64,000 bases of DNA from Strigamia acuminata. Lineage: Eukaryota. Location: assembly GCA_949358305.1 (NCBI GenBank), contig OX442314.1:23498001-23562000 (forward strand), read 5' to 3'. Positions 52,096-61,315 of the stretch are shown piece after piece. The first letter of the stretch is position 1. Each line of letters starts with the position of its first letter. A program made the translations under genes and the position numbers. Under the pieces are notes generated by a model that ran no database searches, was not told where the DNA came from, and was given only the letters and a program-made list of their open reading frames with translations.

Positions 52096-54771
52096 CTACT
52101 CGGGTGTTTTAGGTGAAGGTAAGTCTATTGACATCATGTCCGTCTCGTCGGACAACGGATTTCCGCTCTCGTTAACGTTGATGAACGGTTGTCCCGTATT
52201 CGGCCCTGATGACAGGCCGGGGTTGACGTGTATCCAAACACTTCGGATGAGTCGAGATAAGGCGTCATCTCCAAACGCCATTTCGTAAAATTCTTGCGGG
52301 TTGGACGGGCGTCGGCGAGCTCGGATCAGCCGTTGATGCAACATCCACGGCCTCTTCTTTCGTATCTTCCGCTCAAGCCAGTTGAAAACGTGGTGGCAAA
52401 GCTCCACGTTGTGTTTGAGCAAAATCCTCGTGTGCGGATGCATCTCGAGTCTTGGGTAAGTTCTTCGCAGCTTAATGTAGATTGGGCTGCTTTCTGGCTT
52501 CTTGGTTTCGGCAGCTCCGGCCGCCGATTGAATCTGCATCTTCGGATCGTCTTTTCCGGGCGAAGGTGTGGGTGCACGAATAGGTGAATGCACACTCCTT
52601 GGTGGTGTCGGCGGGTTGGGCGCCGCAGCTGGCTCGTCTGGACGTTTTACGTAACAAGATCGGCCCCCGGGCCGGAGTACCAAAGCTCCGCGTGGTTTCG
52701 GTCGAGTTTTGGGTCGCGCCCCTAAATTGGTGTTTTCGACGTGCGTGAAAAACGTGGTTGAACTTGAGGTCGTAGCTCGACCTCGACTCGGTCCAGGTCT
52801 TGGATCGTCGAAATTTTCTATCTCCATGGCGACGTGACTGTTGGACGGTTCAGTCGTGGTTTGGGCAACAACATGGCTCTCGATTGCAGCTGCAGTTGGC
52901 GTGTAAGTGGCTTCTGGCATCTTTCTTTTAGACGTCTGATCCCTCGGCGGCATTCCTGCCGGTCGAATTGTTTTCAGTTCTTGCTGAAAAGTGATTTTGC
53001 GCATGTCCCACTCGCGTCGGAGACGAATGGCCGATGCGGCCGGATTTTCCCCAATGACCGCAACTTGGCGCATCAATTCGCTGCACATGGTGGGCGGATC
53101 CAATTGGATGGACCGCCAACATTCCAGAAATTCAGGTTTAACGGCCATGGCGGCCGTTCTTAGGCACGTGGTGGCAGCGAAGCCTGGTCTCGGGCTGTCA
53201 AATACCCCGGGAAACAAAATTCTCCGATAACTCGGCACAAGCTGTCGCTGTAACTCATTCAAACGTGGGTCGTCGGGTCCCGTCGGCTCCATTCGGTTCA
53301 GCAAGCCGGCGACACGACGACTACCTTTCAGACTCTCGGTGACTTGAGCTATTTGGTATAAGTCCATGTCCGACAACTCAATCTCCTGAGTCTCCAACGG
53401 CGCTTCGCAGAACCCCTGCCACATGGCGTCGTAATGCTGATCGAATCCCTTTTTCAGAACTTGGGATACCATTCCGAATTTTCTCGTGGGCAATCGAGGC
53501 TCTGGAAGACTCGGGTCTGGGTTTATCGAATCCATGTATTCTCTACACTCTACAGGAATCGGCCCTTCGATTGGCCGGTGGTTCGCCTGGTCATTCGAAT
53601 TTTGTGTGTTTGGAAGGCTTTTCCATTCACAGGCCGTGTTGTCGGCCATTGTTGGGGGCGAAATTCTGTAGCTTCGGTCTACGATGTGGACTTCCGCGGA
53701 ACTTCCTCCCTCCAAGGCGGACACTGACGTTGGCGTGTTTAACATCAAAGTCTCATTAGATCCTATCGTTGGTTCTTCTGCATCAGGCGATTGGAAACAA
53801 GCATCCCAATCGGCTTGCTGTTGCTCCAACGCTGCTTTCTTGCGAAGGGTGACTTGCATGGAATGCTCTTCGACTTCGCGATCCCATCGGCCAGGCAATT
53901 CGTCGTCCTTGGGCGGTGGTGGCATCAGGGCCAAGCGTTCGCGCTCCAACTTTTCACGGTTTTGTCGGCCTGCACGATGCTTGAGTCGGCCGTTGGCACG
54001 AAGCAAATCTGGTCTGGTTCCTGGGCGAGCGGCGTACGGATCCACTCCTCCAGGGTATCTGCAAGCCGCGTCCCATCGTGAAACTCTGGCTTCCAAAACA
54101 TTATCAACGGCTCTTGAAGCCGTATTGTGGTGATTGCCACAGGTCATCTTGGCACGTGGTTCGTTTGATGCAACTGAATTTGACCGCTCTCGCTTATCAT
54201 TGCGTTCTTGGTCGTGATATGCGTCTCTTTGACGTTCCCAGTCACGGAATCGGGCACGAGCGTGGCCGAAATGTCCGGCCATTCCCAGAATGTGCATCTC
54301 GTATTGTGAACTGGCGAGATCTGCTAAATCGTAATGTTTATGTCGATCGGCCCACCAGGCCTGCTCTTCTTGTAGCTTTCGCATAACTTCATCCTTCCGG
54401 GCCTGGAGTTTCTCCCAGATGGCATCCAAATAATCGTTCCTTTTGGCATGGGCAATTCGGAAAAACCCGTAGAAGTCCGTGTCTTCCTCTGGCGTGGGAA
54501 AGAGCCAGCCAAAAAGCAATCTGGATCTCAACGGTGATGGCGGATCGATCCTTAGGTTCCAGGAAACGGGGTCGGCTACCATTAGCCGTCCACAAATTCG
54601 GCATCTACAGCCCCAATGTGCGGCGATGGCATTTGAGAACTCTTGTCTCACGTCTTCCCACGTCTGACCAAGTTGTCGTAAACGTCGGACCTCGGCGGAT
54701 AATTCGCCTCTAAAGATTCCTGTTACCATGGGTACGTAATCTGGTAACGCATACGGCTGATTGATTGCCAT
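52096..54771 (-). CDS. 891-aa accessory protein of unknown function, pol-proximal copy
   Basis: Identical to 48938-51613 except S>G and E>G; candidate acceptor TTTCTGTAG lies 6 nt before the ATG. Confidence 0.8.
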   Translation of the reverse strand: MAINQPYALPDYVPMVTGIFRGELSAEVRRLRQLGQTWEDVRQEFSNAIAAHWGCRCRICGRLMVADPVSWNLRIDPPSPLRSRLLFGWLFPTPEEDTDFYGFFRIAHAKRNDYLDAIWEKLQARKDEVMRKLQEEQAWWADRHKHYDLADLASSQYEMHILGMAGHFGHARARFRDWERQRDAYHDQERNDKRERSNSVASNEPRAKMTCGNHHNTASRAVDNVLEARVSRWDAACRYPGGVDPYAARPGTRPDLLRANGRLKHRAGRQNREKLERERLALMPPPPKDDELPGRWDREVEEHSMQVTLRKKAALEQQQADWDACFQSPDAEEPTIGSNETLMLNTPTSVSALEGGSSAEVHIVDRSYRISPPTMADNTACEWKSLPNTQNSNDQANHRPIEGPIPVECREYMDSINPDPSLPEPRLPTRKFGMVSQVLKKGFDQHYDAMWQGFCEAPLETQEIELSDMDLYQIAQVTESLKGSRRVAGLLNRMEPTGPDDPRLNELQRQLVPSYRRILFPGVFDSPRPGFAATTCLRTAAMAVKPEFLECWRSIQLDPPTMCSELMRQVAVIGENPAASAIRLRREWDMRKITFQQELKTIRPAGMPPRDQTSKRKMPEATYTPTAAAIESHVVAQTTTEPSNSHVAMEIENFDDPRPGPSRGRATTSSSTTFFTHVENTNLGARPKTRPKPRGALVLRPGGRSCYVKRPDEPAAAPNPPTPPRSVHSPIRAPTPSPGKDDPKMQIQSAAGAAETKKPESSPIYIKLRRTYPRLEMHPHTRILLKHNVELCHHVFNWLERKIRKKRPWMLHQRLIRARRRPSNPQEFYEMAFGDDALSRLIRSVWIHVNPGLSSGPNTGQPFINVNESGNPLSDETDMMSIDLPSPKTPE

Positions 54772-55051
54772 TAATATCTACAGAAACGTTTGAAAGTTTT
54801 AATTATTAACTGGTGAATAATATTTTGTTTAAATATTTTTTAGCAAAAGGAAATTTGAGCGCGGTCGTCATGGCAACTCCCTCACAACGCTTACTAGCCG
54901 TCGGGCGAAGTCACATGATCATAAAAATGGCGTCATTTAAAATTTGTTAAGTGATTTTTCAAACTGACAAAGTTTTTCTTGAATTTTTTCGGCCTTTTTA
55001 GCCAACTTTCGTGATAGAAAAGTGGAACGTAACTACGTGAAATTCAACGAG

Positions 55052-55321
55052 CTATTCGTTTAAAATACTTTCAACACGATCTGACTCAGTTTTTACGAAC
55101 TTTCGGTATTTTTCGAGCGTCCGTCGGGCTTGGTTGTAAATTCGTTTGTCAGCCGATTTCAGCATTTTAACGGCTTTTTTAATTTTTTCAATGGCGATAT
55201 TCACCTGATTTTGCAGATCGAAATCTTCATTTAACATTTCGTCGGGCGGATTCATCACGAGATTCCTTTCAGGCTCCGAGTCCGAATCGATGTTGGGCGG
55301 TCCTTCGCCACCTTCGGCCAT
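55052..55321 (-). CDS. Small accessory protein (89 aa from MAEGG; ORF open to 55366)
   Basis: Candidate acceptor TTCACAG 4 nt before AATC-ATG-G; acidic N-terminus followed by a basic amphipathic helical segment. Confidence 0.55.
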   Translation of the reverse strand: MAEGGEGPPNIDSDSEPERNLVMNPPDEMLNEDFDLQNQVNIAIEKIKKAVKMLKSADKRIYNQARRTLEKYRKFVKTESDRVESILNE

Positions 55322-55534
55322 GATTCTGTGAATGGGCCGTTTGTTTTTCATGACAAATCTAATCATTTCAAACTAACTGTTTCACTTACGAAGTTGAATC
55401 TATTCTTTTCCTTCGTTAATCGGCGGATCGTCCCAATCAGTGTGTGGTCGGAGTGGTTTCACTTTGGAAAGTAACAAATTTTTGCAAAGTCCCCCAACTT
55501 GATGCTGATTGGTCGCCGTATGAACTACGTCATT

Positions 55535-58500
55535 TTAATTACTATTTTTAGAATGATGTGACATCATTATGTCTCCATCACTCACTAGAGTACTGTCTTG
55601 TCGTCCGCGTTCTGCGCAGAATCGACTAGTTACTCTCTGTTTTGGTGATTTCCGGCTTCTCATGTTATATTTTTTAGCCGTTTTTTCAGTATTTTTGTCA
55701 CCATCTGAATTTTTTGGTACTACTGGGTGTAGCATGGATCTTCGCTTTGCCTTTTTCGGCTTTGTGGCCGGTTCCAACGTGGTTTGTAGATCATCCTGGG
55801 CTATTTGAATGTTTTCAAAACTAATCGCCACGTGTTCAACTTCGTCATCGGAATTTGGCAGTGACGGTAAAGTTTTTACTTCGTCTTCAAATAATGTATT
55901 AATTTTATTTTCAGTGGGTTGTCCCACCACCTCTCCCCTCCGCCAAATTTCCTGAGTAAATTGAGGGAAATATGGTGTAAGTTCGGATGCGTGGATAGAC
56001 GGGAATTTTGCATTATCCTCCAAACGTTTTAACTCAAAGGCATTGCCTTGATGTGCACGAATAATTGCAAAAGGTCCAGTTCGGCGATCAGCGATTCCTG
56101 CCGAAATTCCTTTAACAGCGCTGGATAATACATGGGAATTTTTCCAGACTAAGTCGTTCACTTTGAAATTATCGAACTTCTTTTCTGATTGGTGATCTTG
56201 CACTCTTTTTTGTAGATCAAATACATGCGACATCATGTGCTGATATGTGCTTGCGAGCACTTTCTCCAGTTGATGAATATAAATATGAGGATTTTTCGGG
56301 TCTACGACAAGAACTTCGTCTGGCAAGCGCGGATCCCACGGCACTCTCAATTCTCTGCCGAAATTTAAATAAGCCGGTGAGAATTCTCTTCCGGCTGCGA
56401 CCGTAGTTCGCAGACTAAAGGCGAATTCTCGTAAATATTCATCCCAACGGGTGTGAACATCAGTGTATAAAGCAATCAAATATTTAATATCTCTGTTGGT
56501 TCTTTCAACAGGATTCGCCTGAGGATGGTACGGCGAAGTATAAGCCGGTAACATTTTGAATTTCTCGCAAAACTTCTGGTATACTTGCGATCTAAATTGC
56601 GAGCCATTATCAGACAGTATTTTGCGTGGAAAGCCAAATTGTAGTGATAAATTATAAATACAATCAGCTATTTTAGCCGAAGTTGGTTTTGACATTGGCC
56701 GCATCTCTGGCCATTTTGTAGCGACATCGATTATAACGAGTATGTGAGTGTTACCTCGTGGAGTTTTTGGTTTAGGCCCCATGAGATCAGCACTCAAGCA
56801 ATCAAAGGGAGCATACGGACCCATTTGAGCTGCTTCAATTTCTAATTTTTGCCTTGGCTTGCAAGCCTGGCAGCGTTGACAGTGCTTGATAAAGCGAGTA
56901 ATATCTCGTTTCATCGTCGGCCATGCGTAGATTCTTCTAGCTCGATACATCGTTCGAGTAATACCACTGTGTCCAGACAACGGGTGTCCGTGAGCTGTCC
57001 AGATGACTCTGTAAACGAGATTCTCTGGTACCACGACTTTCAACGCTCTTCCGTTTTCTCCTAACTCATCGGTTAGAGTCGGATGGAATTTTAGAAGTAA
57101 ATCTTCTTCAATTAGATAAGCGGACGCTTTTCGTTTAAAACGTCTCTTGCTCATCGCGTGCTTAAGTTCAGGAGGGTAACAGCCATTGAGCAGGAAATTT
57201 CGAATTTTTTGGCATTCCTTATCTTGTTTTTGCCCAACAATAATTTCTTCTCTTGTAGGTGGCTCACATTCTAATTTCTTCACAACGTTGGCTGCAAAAG
57301 CGTGGACGAGGACATTTGACGACGGGAATTCAAACTCTTGAGTCATCATGAGATGAATTTTTTCATCGGATTCAATATCAGGAGGATCGTAAGCATGTGA
57401 CCAAAAATTGATTATTCTCTCGTCTTCAACAACTTCCGATGTGGGAAGCTGATTTGGTCCCCCCAGCTTCCAGTGTCGATATGGCGATGGACAATACGCC
57501 AATAAATCGTCATCTTCACCGTCTACGTTATCTTCTTCGGGCGTGCAGACAGGAGCTCGAGACAAAGCATCGGCCAATACGTTTAACGGCCCTTTAATAT
57601 ACTGGATTTCAAATGTATACGCCATTAATTCGAGTTGCCATCGCGCCAGACGTCCTGCCGGTTCTTCCAGAGACATTAGCCATTTCAAGGCCTGATGATC
57701 CGTTTGAACGGTGAATTTAGTAAATTCGATGTAAGGGCGATATTTTCTCAGCGCCCAAACAACGGCCAAACACTCTAATTCAGTAGCCGTGTAATTTACT
57801 TCAGCCGGCTGCAAGCTACGGCTTGAATAAACGCACGGTAGTTCTTCTTGTCCACCCCTTTCAGGTTGGATTTGCATCAATGCGGCGCCCAATCCTTGAC
57901 GACTGGCGTCCGTATGAATTACGAAAGGTCGATACAGATCTGGCATGGCCATTGTTCCTGAATCAGTGAGGGCTTTTTTAATTTTTTCAAAAGCCTCTTG
58001 ATGACTGGGATGCCAATTGAAATCCATATCCTTTTTCAATAAGGGCCTTAACGGCTCTGCCATGACCGACAAATTTTTTAGAAGTCGATGGAAAAAGTTA
58101 ACCATCCCCAAAAAACGCTGAAGTTCTTTTAAATTGGTTGGGGTTGGAAATTTCGTAATTGCATCCAACTTCTTGGGGTCAACGGCGAGTCCGCCGGTTC
58201 CTAATTTGTACCCAAGAAAAATCAATTCTTTTCTACAGAATTTCGACTTATCCGGGTTGACACACAAATTAGCTTGTTCTAATTTTCCTAAAATTTTGTC
58301 GACATTGATTAAATGCTCTTCATATGTCTTTGAAACAGTTATGATATCGTCCAGGTACGCCCAAGCTTGTCGCCTATACATCTCATCGAGGACTTTCTCA
58401 ATTAAACGTTGGAAACTAGTCGGCGCATTTTTCAGTCCAAATGCCATAACTAAAAACATCAATCGGCCTATAGGGCTCCAAAAAGCCGTTTTCGGCTGTG

Positions 58501-59971
58501 CAGACGGGGTCAAACCTATCTGCCAATAGCCTTTTGTCAAGTCGATCGTGGTAACCCACTCAAATGAACCGATTTCTCTCAAAATTTCCTCGATCGTCGG
58601 CATCTGAGGAGGATCATATTCTGTATGTTCGTTTAATGGCCGATAATCTACACAGAGGCGTGGTTCGGCCCCCGGTTTGACCACTAAAACAATTCGCATG
58701 GCATAATCTCCAGTGGCAGGCACAGCAATTCCCTTGTCTACCATATCCTGACAGATTTGCCGAATTATTTCCCTTTTCTGAGGGTTATAACTTTTAAATG
58801 GTACCCTTATCGGTTTATCAGTTGTCAGCTTGATATCGTGCTGCACTATGTGTGTACGTCCAGGAACTCTTGATAGAATTCTCTGTCGTCTCTTTAATAC
58901 TTCCGCCAATGAGAGTCCTTGCTCCAATGTCAGATTGGCATCATTCACCATTTTGGTGATATCATCTCCCATTTTCAGAGTAGCTGCGCCAGCCAAAATT
59001 CCTTCATGACATACAAACGTAGCATTGTCTGGCGGTAATTCTTCAATTTTGGTTTTATATCTGTCCAAAACTGACTGTGGTATATATGGTAGAGTTTCGG
59101 TCAATGGAGTAATAAAATTCCATGACAACGTTTTCGGATTCGGCTGTATGCTTAGCCGCTTCATGAAATCATTTCCCAGTAAAATCATCGGGAAACGGTG
59201 TTCAATAACTATGAAAGGATGCACAAGGACTCCATGTGTCCATCGAAATGACAGCAACAGGGTTCCGACTGGTTGAATATCTTTGCCAGCCGTTCCAATA
59301 CAGAGACTTGGCGAGATGTACTGTAATTCTTTTTCTAATTTCAGATTTTCCATTACTGAAGCCGCCATAAAGCTTCTATTGGCTCCAGAATCCAACAATC
59401 CAGTAATTGGTCCTTTCATGGTCTGTAGTTGTATTTTCGGAATTCCCGTAAAATCTTCCATGTTCAAATTGCAGGTGACTCTACGTATCCGATGTTCTAA
59501 GGCAGGATAATCAATAGGAAGTTCGTCCATTTCATCGTTATATGACAGAACGACTTTTTCCATAGCTCTAGTCATTTCTTCAATTTCATCGACTTCTCTC
59601 GACTTGGGACGGAATTTTTCCCAAAGTTTATCCATCCAGTTTTTACTTGGTTTGGGGTAGCACTGTAACGCTTTCCTAACGTGACATTGAAAGTATCGTT
59701 TGTCGGCCGTTTTTTCGGCCAATACTTCGTTAAGTTTAGTAAGGTCAACTTTAGGAAATTTCAGGTCACATGGTTTAAACTGAGCTACCATCAAATGTTT
59801 TTTATCTACTGAATCCCAGTAGTCTAAATAGTTTTTATCCAATGGTTCACGGTAATCATGGGTTACTTCAATCTTGGGACAAACGTCGGCGTCTATCTCC
59901 TTAATTGTTTCCGAGGCAACGGGCGCGAGTTTCAGCGTATTCGCTGCCAAACCCGCGCTCACAAGTTTTTT
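55535..59971 (-). CDS. pol: Ty3/gypsy Pol (PR-RT-RNase H-IN), intact, expressed by -1 frameshift
   Basis: LLDSGA protease; LCVDYR, MAFGL and YLDD in RT; HTDAS/ELE/TDH/ADALSR in RNase H; H..GH..CQRC zinc finger; ADLMG/SDNG/VER integrase DDE. Confidence 0.97.
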   Translation of the reverse strand, partial: KKLVSAGLAANTLKLAPVASETIKEIDADVCPKIEVTHDYREPLDKNYLDYWDSVDKKHLMVAQFKPCDLKFPKVDLTKLNEVLAEKTADKRYFQCHVRKALQCYPKPSKNWMDKLWEKFRPKSREVDEIEEMTRAMEKVVLSYNDEMDELPIDYPALEHRIRRVTCNLNMEDFTGIPKIQLQTMKGPITGLLDSGANRSFMAASVMENLKLEKELQYISPSLCIGTAGKDIQPVGTLLLSFRWTHGVLVHPFIVIEHRFPMILLGNDFMKRLSIQPNPKTLSWNFITPLTETLPYIPQSVLDRYKTKIEELPPDNATFVCHEGILAGAATLKMGDDITKMVNDANLTLEQGLSLAEVLKRRQRILSRVPGRTHIVQHDIKLTTDKPIRVPFKSYNPQKREIIRQICQDMVDKGIAVPATGDYAMRIVLVVKPGAEPRLCVDYRPLNEHTEYDPPQMPTIEEILREIGSFEWVTTIDLTKGYWQIGLTPSAQPKTAFWSPIGRLMFLVMAFGLKNAPTSFQRLIEKVLDEMYRRQAWAYLDDIITVSKTYEEHLINVDKILGKLEQANLCVNPDKSKFCRKELIFLGYKLGTGGLAVDPKKLDAITKFPTPTNLKELQRFLGMVNFFHRLLKNLSVMAEPLRPLLKKDMDFNWHPSHQEAFEKIKKALTDSGTMAMPDLYRPFVIHTDASRQGLGAALMQIQPERGGQEELPCVYSSRSLQPAEVNYTATELECLAVVWALRKYRPYIEFTKFTVQTDHQALKWLMSLEEPAGRLARWQLELMAYTFEIQYIKGPLNVLADALSRAPVCTPEEDNVDGEDDDLLAYCPSPYRHWKLGGPNQLPTSEVVEDERIINFWSHAYDPPDIESDEKIHLMMTQEFEFPSSNVLVHAFAANVVKKLECEPPTREEIIVGQKQDKECQKIRNFLLNGCYPPELKHAMSKRRFKRKASAYLIEEDLLLKFHPTLTDELGENGRALKVVVPENLVYRVIWTAHGHPLSGHSGITRTMYRARRIYAWPTMKRDITRFIKHCQRCQACKPRQKLEIEAAQMGPYAPFDCLSADLMGPKPKTPRGNTHILVIIDVATKWPEMRPMSKPTSAKIADCIYNLSLQFGFPRKILSDNGSQFRSQVYQKFCEKFKMLPAYTSPYHPQANPVERTNRDIKYLIALYTDVHTRWDEYLREFAFSLRTTVAAGREFSPAYLNFGRELRVPWDPRLPDEVLVVDPKNPHIYIHQLEKVLASTYQHMMSHVFDLQKRVQDHQSEKKFDNFKVNDLVWKNSHVLSSAVKGISAGIADRRTGPFAIIRAHQGNAFELKRLEDNAKFPSIHASELTPYFPQFTQEIWRRGEVVGQPTENKINTLFEDEVKTLPSLPNSDDEVEHVAISFENIQIAQDDLQTTLEPATKPKKAKRRSMLHPVVPKNSDGDKNTEKTAKKYNMRSRKSPKQRVTSRFCAERGRQDSTLVSDGDIMMSHHSKNSN
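59915..59971 (-). promoter_or_regulatory. -1 ribosomal frameshift signal
   Basis: A_AAA_AAC heptamer (59971-59965) in gag frame, 6-nt spacer, stem GCGCGGGTTT/AAACTCGCGC; the -1 frame is the pol ORF. Confidence 0.85.
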
Positions 59972-60520
59972 CGGAGCAGTTCCCCCAACTTGCTGACAAG
60001 ACCTTCTATCTCGGCAGCTACTGGACTTCTATCAGGACACTGATTCGACCAATGCCCCAACTTTCCACATCTATGGCACGGATCGGTTTCTGGCGATTTG
60101 CGCCTAGAGCCGTTTCCTGAAGTGGGCGACTTTGAACGAGGTTCTACGGCTTTTTTGTCTGTAGCCGATTCCTTTTCAGTATCCGGAATCACTTCGGGCT
60201 TGATGGGTAGCGGCAAAGGTGATTTTGATCGAGCATCTGTATTAAGGTTTGCTGTATTAAAAGTAACGTTTTTACCAACCATTTTTGGTCTGAATTTATT
60301 CTCAGTGACATGCTTCGCGAGTAATACAATAGCATTCTCAACTAAAGGGTCTAGCCCTGGGTCGTCATCTTCGACTACATCAGTGCTGTCTTCCGACAAG
60401 GCAAGATTCGCGTAAGCTCGAGAATTTTTGGGTAGTTTGTGAGGGTTCGGAGGTCCGGCACTTGTAGTTTTATCCGTCTTCTCCGCAAAGTAATCCCCTC
60501 GATCTCGGGGTTGCATTAAA
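59959..60520 (-). CDS. gag: C-terminal part of Gag (nucleocapsid), 5'-truncated
   Basis: CHRCGKLGHWSNQC zinc knuckle just before pol; no capsid region; sequence above 60520 switches to CCAAnGGCGAA motif-rich DNA. Confidence 0.8.
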
Positions 60521-61315
60521 GGGGGTGCCGTTCCAACGGCGAATCGTCCAAGGGCGAATCTGGCCATTCGGACGAATGGCGAATTTCGACTTTATTCTGT
60601 CCAAAACAGTCCCAACGGCAAATTTCTCCCAATTCAGCATTGGGACTGCTTTTGGACCTTTCTAATGGCGAATTGGTAAACGATTTGCCATTGGAAACGC
60701 AAAAACGTGACCAATGGCGAATATGTGTGTGCTGAATTTCGCCATTGGAAACGCAAAAACGTGACCAATGGCGAATATGTGTGTGCTGAATTTCGCCATT
60801 GGAAACGCAAAAACGTGACCAATGGCGAATATGTGTGTGCTGAATTTCGCTATTGGAAAGGGTTTTGCGTTTCCAATAGCGAATATGTGTGTGCTGAATT
60901 TCGCCATTGGAAACGCAAAAACGTGACCAATGGCGAATATGTGTGTGCTGAATTTCGCCATTGGAAACGCAAAAACGTGACCAATGGCGAATATGTGTGT
61001 GCTGAATTTCGCCATTGGAAACGCAAAAACGTGACCAATGGCGAATATGTGTGTGCTGAATTTCGCTATTGGAAAGGGTTTTGCGTTTCCAATAGCGAAT
61101 ATGTGTGTGCTGAATTTCGCCATTGGAAACGCAAAAACGTGACCAATGGCGAATATGTGTGTGCTGAATTTCGCCATTGGAAACGCAAAATCGTGACCAA
61201 TGGCGAATATGTGTGTGCTGAATTTCGCCATTGGAAACGCAAAAACGTGACCAATGGCGAATATGTGTGTGCTGAATTTCGCTATTGGAAAGGGTTTTGC
61301 GTTTCCAATGGCGAA
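60521..61315. mobile_element. Probable DNA-transposon end with expanded subterminal motifs, interrupting gag
   Basis: Starts GGGGGTGCCGTT, then scattered CCAA(C/G/T)GGCGAAT motifs that continue into the tandem array; opposite terminus not found in the window. Confidence 0.5.
60684..61315. repeat. 54-bp palindromic tandem array, ~12 units, (AAAB)x3 higher-order repeat of 216 bp
   Basis: TTCGCCATTGG-16nt-CCAATGGCGAA-16nt; variant spacers at 60857, 61073 and 61289. Confidence 0.95.

Larger units (their letters stand above)
48929..55244. repeat. Near-perfect tandem duplication, 2 x 3158 bp (48929-52086; 52087-55244)
   Basis: All ORFs recur at offset 3158; only two differences noticed (50550/53708 and 50734/53892). 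Confidence 0.95.

Noticed and set aside
48938..54771. 891-aa ORF as Env
   Set aside because: No N-terminal signal peptide, no C-terminal TM and no cleavage-site plus fusion-peptide arrangement visible.
45412..60415. Many 60-190 aa ORFs overlapping gag/pol/accessory genes or in the LTR (e.g. 47737-48303)
   Set aside because: Expected shadow ORFs in GC-richer DNA; no motifs.
60684..61315. CRISPR array
   Set aside because: Spacers are repeated rather than unique, there are no cas genes and the context is eukaryotic.
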